In this document: positions 20,457 to 30,955 of the stretch, piece after piece
Position numbering within the stretch: the first letter of the stretch is position 1
How the letters are laid out: the number at the start of each line of letters is the position of its first letter
Translations under genes and position numbers: made by a program
Notes under the pieces: model-generated
Told to the model about the DNA's origin: nothing
Database searches by the model: none
What the model saw: the letters and a program-made list of their open reading frames with translations, nothing else
NCBI GenBank assembly: GCA_963763755.1
Contig: CAVXQE010000002.1
Coordinates: forward strand, 184,576 to 248,575
Source: an uncultured Gaiellaceae bacterium
GTDB lineage: Bacteria > Actinomycetota > Thermoleophilia > Gaiellales > Gaiellaceae
Direction of reading: 5' to 3'
Length of the DNA: 64,000 nt

Positions 20457-23400
20457 CTATGAGTACGTCGCCACGAACGTCGCTGTGGCCGCGGTGAACA
20501 TCGCGTATTGGATGCCCTTGATCGTCTGCACCGTGTACGTGACGGGCGAGCCGGCGCGCGTGATCCCGGTCAGCGTGCCGGTGCGGCCCTGGATCGGCAG
20601 CATCGTCTGCAGGCCGTTCGCGCCCGCGCCGACGGTGGTGACAAAGGTGAAGGTGCCGCCGCTCCAGCTGAGGCCGCGGATCGTCGAGCTGTTGCGGCCG
20701 TCGACCCACGTCGAGCAGCTGCTTGTACGAGATCACCGGCACGCTGCGGGCCTGCGCGGAGGCGACGATCGCCTCCGCGCCCGGGTGCGGCGCGGTGTTG
20801 TCGGTGTGCATGTTCGCTCCGAAGGCGCCGTAGTACCCGAGCGAGCCGATCGCGTTGTCGAGCAGCGCGTCGATCGACGTCGGGTAGTTCGTGGTCGACT
20901 CGTCGGTCATGTTCGTGTTCTGCTGGTAGACGTCGATCAGCGTCCCGTCGAGGTCGGCGAAGCGCATCGGGAAGCCGCCGCCGTTCATGAAGCCGGGCTT
21001 CGCGCCGATCCAGGGCCCGGGGTAGTGGTAGTAGTTGGCGTCCATGCGGATGCCGCGGGCGAGCTCGACCTTCGCGTTCGAGGCCCAGTCCGGCCAGTAG
21101 ACGCAGTGCGTGCGGCTCGACACCTGAGCCGGCACGCTCGTGTACTTCGCCGGGAACGCGGCCAGCTGCGTGTCGTAGATACGTGCCGAGCTCTGCCTCG
21201 GTGATCGGCGTCGTCGGGCACGACGACGACGAGCGGGATGCGACGCCGACCTCGAAGCCCTCCGCGGTGTACGTCGGCCGCCTGGGCATTCGTCAGCGTC
21301 GCGTTCGGATAGATGTAGCGAGGTCGAGCGGACGCAGTCCCAGTTGACGACCGAGCAGCCCGCCGGGCTCAGCGCCTTGTAGCGGTCGAAGTGGCTGGCG
21401 GTGCCGCCCGTGCGCCGAGTCGGCGAGTGGTCGTCGCCGCTCATCACGACGACCGCCTTCTCGCCGCGCGGCAGGTACCAGAAGCGCGGCAGCGGCATCT
21501 TGTCGCGCTCCATCACCGTGATCAGGTTCACGCAGCAGCCGCTGCTGCTCGTCCGCCTGCGGGATCGCGATCTTGTTCGTGTCGAGCCAGTCGGGCTGCA
21601 CGTCGCCGGCCTTCGCGCCGTAGAACAGGTCGTCCGGGCGGATCCCGCGACACGCCGTCCCGCTCCTGGCCGGCCCAGGCCGGATTGCCCTGGCGCGTGT
21701 AGACGACCGAGCGCGCGAGGTCGTAGGTGAACGCCGCTGCCTGGCCGCCGCTCGAGCCGACCGAGCGCAGCGTCACGGCCGGATTCGACGTCGCTGTCGT
21801 CGCGTTCGAGTAGAGCGTCGCGACCGACGTCGCGCCGTTCAGCGTGTAGCGGTCGGCGGTGCCGTGGAACTGAATCGTGCTGCCGACGATCCCGACGCCC
21901 GGCCCGGATCGCCGTGGCGACCTGCAGATAGGCGTTCGCCAGCGTCGTAGCCCGCGTCCGTCAATCCCGAGCAGGCCGGCGAGCTGCTTGTCCGGGCGCA
22001 TCGCGACAGGTTGCCGCCGCCGTTCACCCAGCCCGTCAGCGTCGTCACCTGCGCGGCGTTCAGCGTCGTGTCTCCGAGCACGACGACGTCGAACTGCGCC
22101 AGCAGCGCGGGCGAGACGAACGCGACGTCGATCGTCGTGAAGGCGTCCAGGCCCTCGTTCCGCAGGATCTCGCCCAGGTACGACCCGAACGGGTTCGCCG
22201 GTCGAGCCGACGACGAGGATCGGCGGCGGAGACGCCTCGGTCGTGAACGACCAGGTCGAGTCGGCCGCGAGCGGGTTGCCGGCGAGAGTCTGCGACGCCG
22301 GTCGAGCCGCCCTTGACCGTGACGGTGTAGGTCGCGCCGTACTGGAGCGCTGCCTGCGGCGTCAGCGTCGCGGTGCTCGTCGCCTGAGTCGTACGTCACG
22401 TTCGCCGGGACGAGGACGTTGCTCGCGTCCCTCAGCTGGAACGTCGAGGACGTGATCGATGCCGGCGTTCATCGGCTCGTTGAACGGACCGTCGGCGAGC
22501 TCCCGACGTTGATGCCGGCGCGACCCGGGTGCGGGCGTTCGGCGCAGATGATCGTCGGCGCCGTCATGTCAGGCGTGACGCTGCGGTTCATGTCGATCTG
22601 GATCTCGGCGGCGCTGAGCGCGCGGTTGTAGACGCGAACCTCGTCGATCGTGCCCGCTGAACCACTCGCCCCAGACGCTGTTGCCGCCGATCCGGAGCGG
22701 CGCCGGTCGAGGTCGGATCGCGCCGGCGGCCGCAAGCTGCGCGACCTGCGTGCCGTTGACGTAGAGGCGCAGCGTCGCGCCGTCGTACGTCGCGGCGAGG
22801 TGGCTCCACGTGCCCGGTGGGCAGCTGGCTCGTGCCGTTCGAGCGATCCGGAGCGCTCCCGCCGATGACGATCTCGACCGCCGGGCGAGTTGCGTGCTCG
22901 TGTTCGCGTAGAGGCCGTAGACGAGGTTCGCCGGCCTGCTCCTTCAGCACGCCGGTGCGCCAGTTGCCGGTGGTCGTCGGCCGCACCCACGCCTCGAGCG
23001 TCATGCCGGTCGTCAGGTCGAGCGTGGCCGAGTCGGGCACCGATGACCCAGGCGTTCGTCCCGTTGAAGGAGAGGGCGTTGTTGAACTTGCCGGCCGTCG
23101 ATCCAGGCCGCGTTCGCCGAGCGTGCCGTTGTTGCCGCGGCCGGACTGGTCGGCGGTCGTCGAGCCGCTGCCCTCGTCGAACGCCCACGCCGCCGACGAG
23201 GCCCGGCGAGCGGCGGTGTTCTGACACCGTGACCGCGACACTTGGCCGACGGTCGTCGTGTTGCCGGCGGCGTCGCGCGCGACCGCGGAGAGGGTGTGCG
23301 GGCCGTTCGGCAGCCGAGAAGGTGTCCCAGCGCGATCGAGTAGGGCGCGGTCGTGTCCTCGGCGCCGAGGTTCGCCCCGTCGAGCCTGAACTGGACGCCG

Positions 23401-26400
23401 GCGACGGTGCCGTTGTCGGACGCGTTCGCGCTGACGCGTGACAGCGCCGGTGACGGTGGCGCCCGGCGGCCGGCGCCGTGATCGAGACGGTCGGCGGCGT
23501 CGTGTCCGCGGTCGACGAGCGCCGTCGCCTCGTTGCCCGCCGGGCCGACGTTGCCGGCCGCGTCCTCGGCGGTGACCTTGTAGTAGTAGGTGCCGGCGGC
23601 GAGGCCCGTGTCGGTGTAGCTCGTGCCGGTCGGCTGCGCGATCCGGTTGCCCGACGACGGCGTGAAGCCCGGCGGTCGTCCAGCGGTGGACGTTGTAGCG
23701 GGCGACGCCGACGTTGTCCGTGGCGGCGCCCCAGCTGAGCGCGATCTGGCCGAGGCCGCCGGTCGCGGTCAGCGTGCCGGGCGCGCTCGGCGGCGTCGTG
23801 TCGGGCGCGCTGATCGACGTGTTCATGTCGGCCTGGATCTCGGTCGCGGTGCAGGGCGCGGTTGTAGATGCGGACCTCGTCGATGTCAGCCGTTGAACCA
23901 TTCGCCCCAGATCGCTGTTGCCGCCGATCTTGAGGGCGCCGGTGGAGGTGGTGATCGAGCCGCTGGCGAGGAGCTGTGCCGGCCTGGGTGCCGTTGACGA
24001 AGAGCCTCGAGCACGGTTCCGTCGTAGGTGGCGGCGAGGTGCGTCCAGGTGTTGAGCGGCGAGCTGGTGCGGTGCCGCGCGACCGTCGCGGACGCCGCCG
24101 TTGAAGATGTTCGCCTCGGGCACCTTGTCCGGTCGGTGTCCGGTCGGCGTAGAGGGCCGTAGGCGTAGGCTGCCCGGGGCGCTCTTTCATGATCGCGGTG
24201 CGCCACCGTTGGCCGAGCGGCGTCGGCGCACCCAGGCCTCGAGGGTCATGCCGTTTGTGAGGTCGAGGCTGTTGCGCGTCGGCGACGGTGACGAGGTCGT
24301 TGAGTGCCGTTGAAGCGAGAGCGCGTTGCCGAACTTGCCCGCAGTCGCGTCCAGAGCGGCGTTCGCTGATCGTCCCGTTGTTGCCGTTCCCGGACTGGTC
24401 GGCGACCGTCGTACCGATGCCCGCGTCGAACCCGTACGCAGCGACGAGGCCGACGGCGGGCGCGGTCGGGACGCACTGGCGGTCGCCTCGCTGGACGCGG
24501 GGCTGATGTTGCCGGCTGCGTCCTCGGCGGTGACCTTGTAGTAGTAGGTGCCGGCGGCGAGCCCGGTGTCGGTGTAGCTCGTCCCGGTGGGCTGCGCGAT
24601 CCGGTTGCCCGCGCTGGGCGTGAAGCCCGCCGTCGTGCGCGCGGTGGACGTTGTAGCGGAGTGACGCCGACGTTGTCGCGTCGAGGCGGTCCAGGTGAGC
24701 GCCGCCTGGCCGGCGCCGCCGGTGGCGGTCAGCGCGCCCGGCGTGCTGGGCGCCGTGGTGTCGAGCGACGGTGGCGCTTGCCGTGTTCGAGACCGGCCCG
24801 ATGTTGCCGGCCGCGTCCTCGGCGGTCACCTTGTAGAAGTAGGTGCCGGGAGCGAGCGCCGGGGTCGGCGTAGCTCGTGCCGGTCGGCTGCGCGATCCGG
24901 TTGCCAGCGATGGCGTGAAGCCTGAGGTGCTGCCGCGGTGCACGTTGTAGCGAGCGACGCCGATGTTGTCGGTCGCGGCGGTCCAGGAGATGTTGATCGT
25001 GCTGCCCGCGGCGATTGCGCGCTGACCGCGGTGGGCGCCGTCGGCGGCCGTGCCGTCGGCCACGGTCGCAGGCGACTCGTTCGACGGTCGCGCTGATGTT
25101 GCCGGCCGCGTCTTCGGCCGTGACCTTGTAGTAGTAGGTGCCGCTCGCGAGCCCGGCGTCGCGTAGCTCGTCCCTGTCGGCTGCGCGATCCGGTTGCCGG
25201 CTGCCGGAGTGAAGCCGGCTGTTGTCGCCGCGGTGCACGTTGTAGCGGACGACGCCGACGTCGTCGGTGGAGCTGCGTCCAGGTGAGGTTGACGGTGCTG
25301 CCGGTGACGGAGCCTGCGAGCCCGCTGGGTGCGGTCGGAGCGGTCGTGTCCGCGCTCACCGTCGCCGACGCCTCGTTCGAGACCGGGCCGATGTTGCCCG
25401 CGGCGTCCTCGGCGGTGACCTTGTAGGCGTAGGTGCCGGGGGCGACCGTATCCGACGTAGCCGGTGCCGGTCGGCTGCGCGATCCGGTTGGCAGCCGACG
25501 GCGTGAAGCCCGCGGCTGTCCGCGGTGGACGTTGTAGCGAACCACGCCGACGTTGTCAGTGGCGGCGCCCCACGCAAGCGTCGCCTTGCCGATCGCCGCC
25601 GACGAGCACTCAGCGTCCCCGGTGCTCCTGGCGCCGACGTGTCGCCGACGACGGCGCTCGCCTCGTTCGAAGCCGGCCCGATGTTGCCGGCCGCGTCCTC
25701 GGCCGTCACCTTGTAGAAGTAGGTGCCGGCGGCGACGGATCGGTGTACGTCGTCCCGGTCGGCTGCGCGATCCGGTTCGCGGCCGACGGCGTGAAGCCGG
25801 CGTCGTCGATGCGGTGGACGTTGTATCGGACGACGCCGACGTTGTCGGTGGCCGGCCCCCAACTCAGCTGCGCAGAGCGTCAGCGCTGCCGGTTGCCGAC
25901 GAGCGTGCCCGGCGCAGACGGCGCCGTCGAGTCCGGGTTCGTGACCGGCCGGTTCATGTCCGCCTGGATCTCGGCTGCCGGCGAGCGCGCGGTTGTAGAT
26001 GCGGACTTCGTCGATGTCGCCTTGGAACCATTCGCCCCAGATCGTGTTGCCGCCGATGCGGAGGGCGCCGGTGGAGGCGGTCATCGAGCCGGTGATGAGG
26101 AGCTGTGCGGCCTGGGTGCCGTTGACGTAGAGCGCGAGCACGGTGCCGTCGTAGGTCGTTGCGAGGTGCGTCCAGGTGTTCAGCGGCGAGCTGGGCGGTG
26201 CCGCCGACGTCGCGGTAGCCGCCGCTGAAGACTTCCGCCGTCGGGCACCGTTGTCAGGTCGGTGCCGGTGGCGTAGAGGGCGTAGGCGTAGGCTGCCCGG
26301 GGCGCTCTTTCATGATCGCGGTGCGCCACGTCGTTCCGAGCAGGCGTGGGGCGAACCCAGGCTTCGAGGGTCATGCCGTTGTGTGAGGTCGAGGCTGTTG

Positions 26401-29400
26401 GCGTCCGCGACGGTGACGAGGTCGTTCGACTGCCGTTGAAGGTGAGCGCGTTGCCGTACTTGCCCGCAGCTGCGTCCAGCCCAGGTGGCGTTCGCTGACC
26501 GTGCCGTTGTTGCCGTTCCCGGACTGGTCGGCGACCGTCGTGCCGATGCCCGCGTCGAAGCCCCAGTAGGCGGCGACGAGCCCGGCGGCGGTCCCGTCGG
26601 GACGAGCGCGCTCGCTTCGCTCGGAGGGCGCGCCCTACGTTGCCGGCGGCGTCCTCGGCGGTGACCCGGTAGTAGTAGGTCCCACCGGCGAGGCCGGTGT
26701 CGACGTAGCTCGTTCCGGTCGGCTGAGCGATCCGGTTGGCGGCGCTCGGCGTGAAGCCGGCAGTCGTCCCGCGGTAGACGTTGTAGCGCGCGATGCCGCC
26801 CGCAGTCCGTCGAGGCGCTCCACGAGAGTCGACGATCTGCCCCGGCGCCAGCCGTGGCGGCCAGGTTCGCCGGTGCCGTGGGCGGGGTCGTGTCGGCTGT
26901 CGCCGTGCCGCTCGCCTCGTTGCCGGCCGGACCGACGTTGCCGGCGGCGTCCTCGGCGGTGACGCGGTAGTAGTAGATGCCGGCGGTGAGACCGGTGTCG
27001 GTGTAGGTCGTGCCGGTCGGCTGCGCGATCCGGTTCGCCGCGCTCGGCGCGAAGCCCGCGGTCGTGCCGCGGTGCACGTTGTAGCGGGCGACGCCGACGT
27101 TGTCTGTCGCCGCGCCCCAGGTGAGGCTGACCTGACCGAGGCCGCCAGTCGCGGCGAGCGTGCCGGGAGCTGCCGGCGCGATCGCGTCGGGCGAGCTGAT
27201 CGACGCGGTTCATGTCGGTCTGGATCTCGGCGGCGCTGAGCGCGCGGTTGTAGATCCGCACCTCGTCGATCAGGCCGCTGAACCACTCCGACCAGATCGA
27301 GTTGCCGCCGATCCGGAGCGGCGATGCCGACGTCAGGATCGTGCCCGGCGACCGCGACCGTGGCGCACCTGCGTGCCGTCCGACGAACAGCCGCTCGGTC
27401 GTCCCGTCGTAGGTCGCTGCGATGTGCGTCCAGGAGCCTGCCGGGCACCTGCGCCGTGCCGTCGAGACAGGCGCGCCGTGCCGCCGACCGTCACCTGCGA
27501 CTGCGGGCGGTTCGCCGCCGTGCTCGAGTAGAGCCCGTAGACCAGGTCGCCCGGCCGCTCCTTCACGACCAGTGTTTGCCAGCTGTTCGACGACGGTTGG
27601 CTGCACCCAACCCTCGATGGTCATCCCGCTCGTCAGGTCGAGCGCGTTCGAGTCGGCGATCGTGACCATCGCGTTCGTGCCGTTGAAGGAGAGCGCCTTG
27701 CCGAACTTGCCCAGTCGTCGCCCAGGTTGCGTTCGACAGCGTGCCGACATTGCCGTCCACCGGACTGGTCGGCCGTCGTCGTGCCCCGGCCCTCGTCGAA
27801 CCCGTACGCGGCCACGAGGCCCGGCGGCGGCCCGGCCGCGACGCGTTGCATTCGCCTCGTTCGACGCTGGGCCCACGTTGCCGGCGGCGTCCTCGGCGGT
27901 GACGCGGTAGTAGTAGGTGCCGGCGGTGAGTCCGATGTCGGTGTACGTCGTGCCCGTCGGCTGCGCGATTCGGTTCGCGGCGCTCGGCGTGAAGCCGGCA
28001 GTCGTGCCGCGGTGGACGTTGTAGTGGTCGATCCCACCGGCATCCGTCGACGCGCGTCCAGGCGAGCGCCACCTGACCCGGCCCGGACGTCGCCGTCAGA
28101 CTGCCCGGCGCCGTCGGCGGGGTCACGTCGCCTGCGGTGGAGATCCGGATCATCGACGCGACCGACGGGACGCCGTTCGTGTCGACGCACGAAGAGCATG
28201 TAGTCGCCAGGCGGCGCCAGGTTCGCGTTCGCCGGAGCGCGTCACCGTCAGCTTGCCCGGCACCGGCCGTGAAGTTGAGGAACTGGAAGCGCTGGTTCAT
28301 GTCGAACGCATGCGTCACCGACGGCAGGCGGATCAGCGAGACCTGCGCGATCGAGGCCGCGTTCGGAGTCGTGACGTCGAAGTCGACGCCGTAGGCGGTC
28401 GCCGAGGGTGCCGCGGTGATGGTCGGCCTGGTGCCCTTGAAGAGATACGGCGGCGAGTAGATCTCGGCGTTTCGTCTGGTTGACGGCGATCGAGCGCCGG
28501 CAGCTGGCCGCCGCCCGCCATCAGGACGCGGCCGTCGGGCAGCAGCAGCGCCGTTGAGTGGTAGAGGCGCCCGTTCTGGAGCGAGTCGACCGTCGTCCAC
28601 GTCTCCGTGTCCGGATTCCAGATCTCTGCCGGCAGCACCGAGTTCGCGATGTCGACGCCCGTCGGACCTCGAGCCACCGCCGCTCGCCAGGACGGTGCCG
28701 TCGGGCAGCAGCGTCAGGTTGTGGTACGACCGGCCGTGTGCCATCGGTGCCGTCTCGCGCCACGCGGGCGTCGGCAGCGTTCATGTCGATGACCGCTGTG
28801 CGCCCGTGTCGATGCATACGAGCGTGCGCCGCTCGAAGTCGGGGTCAGCCCAGGAGCCTGACTTCATGATCTTGTTCGGCCGGTACATGACCGCGCTGTG
28901 CCCGTCGAACGGGCTCGTCCCCACGGTCGTCCAGGTCGCATGTCGCAGGGTCGAGGGTGCGCGTGATCGTGTCCGGGCCGGCGTCGAAGACCGACCGTCC
29001 GAGAGCACGAACATGAACGGGTAGAGCGGCGAGGTCAGCGTCGCGCTCGTCAGGTCGGTCCACGTGTTCGTCTGGCGGGTTGTAGATCGGACGGCAGTGA
29101 GTTGACGGACGCATCGTAGAAGGGCGGGTACCGCGCCCGGACGGTCCTGGACGATGTTGTCGCCGGCGAACGTCGAGCACCCTGCCGTCAGGAAGCTGCG
29201 GTGGCTGTCGGATACCAGCGGCCGACGCTCATGTCGGGCCCGCGGAAGTAGGTCTTGGTCATCGGGTTGAAGAGCGTCGTGTCGGCGAGCCCTTCGTTCG
29301 CGTTGATGTGACCGCCGACGAGCAGCGTCCGGCCGTCGGCGAGCTGGATGTGGCCCGAGCAGAAGAGGTTGCGCCCGTACGGGACCGGCGTGAAGGCTCC

Positions 29401-29679
29401 CGTGGCCGGATCCCAGAGGCGCTCGGAGTTCGGGTCCGCGGCGAAGCCGTCGAGCGCGAACACCTGTCCGGTCGGCTCGAGCGACATGTGCACGGCGACG
29501 AGCGGCCACGCGACGGGCGCGCTCCAGTCACCGATGACGCTCGGCGGGTCGCCGGGGGCAGCGCTAGAGCCACCGAGCTGCACGAGCGCGACGAGCACCG
29601 CGATGGTCGCGAGCACGCTGCGCTGCCACGAGGGAATCCCTCGCCAGAGTCGATTGGTATGTGCTGCAGTTGTCCGCAT
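20457..29679 (-). CDS. giant secreted multidomain protein X2: SP - glyoxal/galactose-oxidase-like Kelch propeller + DUF1929-like - 9 FN3 and 4 LamG modules - Ig-like - Big_5-like - the same about 600-aa C-terminal module as X1 (many frameshifts)
   Basis: Start MRTTAAHTNRLWRGIPSWQRSVLATIAVLVALVQL (ATG at 29679). The propeller part is WSAPVAWPLVAVHMSLEPTGQVFALDGF...NLFCSGHIQLADGRTLLVGGH...GRWYPTAT...YHNLTLLPDGTVLASGGG...RLYHSTALLLPDGRVLMAGGG...AEIYSPPYLF...SLIRLPSVTHAFDMNQRF. Repeated YNVHRG..GFTPS..NRIAQPTG.SY.D.GL..GTYYYKVTAEDAAGN units and LamG blocks follow. The C-terminus ...TVQTIKGIQYAMFTAATATFVATYS* has its stop at 20457. Confidence 0.7.
24480..25950 (-). repeat. tandem array of five FN3-coding units, about 290-300 nt period, inside X2
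   Basis: The reverse-complement motif for G-T-Y-(Y/F/A)-Y-K-V (..accttgtag.agtaggtgcc..) recurs near 24530, 24826, 25116, 25416 and 25706. Further single copies lie near 23572, 26660, 26950 and 27900, and in X1 near 18473. Confidence 0.8.
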
Positions 29680-29765
29680 GGTCAGTCCATCCGGCTGCTG
29701 TACGCCGGAGTCCTTGTTATCCCGTGCAGCGGCGAAGCGGACAAGGGCCGGAAGTTCAGACCGGC

Positions 29766-30927
29766 CTATCCATGCGTCGGGGTTCGACGAAACCCGGCGA
29801 GCCTGCGCGCCAGCGCCCCGTCGCGCTCGGCGAGGCGGGCCGCCACACGCTCGGCGGTCAGCGCGACGCCCCACGCGGCCATCGGCACGAAGACGAGCTC
29901 CAGCCGGAACGCGCTGAAGACCGGGGCCGCAAGCACATAGCCGAGCGCGAGCACGGCCGCGGCGGTCATCAGCGTCGTCGTCGTGTCGCGGATCTCGCGC
30001 CTGCGCCAGACGAGGAGCAGGAGAGCGAGGACGCCGCCGACGAGGAAGAGCGCCGTGTACCACTCGCCGCGGCGGAGGAAGCCGACGTTCGCCCGGAGCA
30101 GCTCGACGAGCGCGCCGGGATAGTGGCTCGCGATGAATCCCCAGCGAGGTGTCGGCCGAAGGCTCGGAGTCGTTCACGAGCAGCGCGAGCAGGTCGCGCA
30201 CCGGGGTCGAGAAGAGGAGGAGGGCCGGCAGTGCCGCCGCCACGCCGGTCGCGAAGAGCGTCACCGGCGTCCGGGAGCGGCTGCGCAGAGCGCACCAGCC
30301 GACGGCGAGGATCGGGATCCACATGCTGTCGCGCGTGAAGGCGAGCAGCGCGATCGCGCCGATCCAGAGCGGCAGCCAACCGAGCCCGCGCTCCAGCGCG
30401 AGGATTGCGGCTCCGAGCGCGACGATCTCGAGCGCGAGGCCCCAGCTGTCGGTGAGCGGGAAGGACGAGTGGTGCGTCAGCGGCGGCAGCAGCGCAGCAC
30501 CGACTGCGACCATCGCGGCGACCGCGATCCGGAAGCGCAGCAGCAGCAGGCCGAAGAGTGCCAGCACCGCCGCGATGTAGCCCACGAGCGAGAGGTCGAG
30601 GAGCGAGCGCTCCTCGGTCACCGGGTAGAGCGCCGCGGCCGCGAGCGGCACGGCGACTCGCCGCTCGTAGAACGGCTCGTTGTACTCGACCCACGTCTTG
30701 TTGCCCGTGTGCCCCGGGTCGCGCTTGCGCAGCTCAGCTGCGAGCGGCCCCTCGAACACCTTGTCGACGGTGTTGTCCTCGCCGCGCAGCTCGAGAACCC
30801 GCGCCTGGTAGTAGAGCGCGTCGGGAGTCCACTCGACGGGGTCGTGGAAGGCCGGCCAGACGGCGAGGCAGGACAACGCGGCCAGTGCGGCCGCGATGAT
30901 CCCGATTGCTGCCCAGCGTGAGCTCAC
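29766..30927 (-). CDS. polytopic integral membrane protein of unknown function (possible GT-C-like; one frameshift)
   Basis: ORF 29188..30927 starts MSSRWAAIGIIAAALAALSCLAVW and has many hydrophobic segments (LVGYIAAVLALFGLLLLRF, AMVAVGAALLPPL, LALEIVALGAAILAL, LPLWIGAIALLAF, WIPILAVGWCAL, LFATGVAAALPALLLF). The C-terminus continues in ORF 29766..29969 (MTAAAVLALGYVLAAPVF...). Confidence 0.5.
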
Positions 30928-30955
30928 GTTGCCTGCCCCCCGTCGAGTGCCGGTC

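Noticed and set aside
22469-28200. Highly regular repeats considered as a CRISPR array or a DGR variable region.
   Set aside because: The repeat period is about 290 nt and encodes FN3 domains. There is no 25-40 nt repeat/spacer structure, no cas genes, no reverse transcriptase and no template repeat in the window.
1-30000. Homopolymer indels considered as phase-variation switches of surface proteins.
   Set aside because: The tracts are only 2-4 nt long, far too short for efficient slipped-strand switching. There are dozens per gene rather than one near the 5' end. Essential genes (dnaX, the RpoD-like sigma factor) carry the same kind of lesion.
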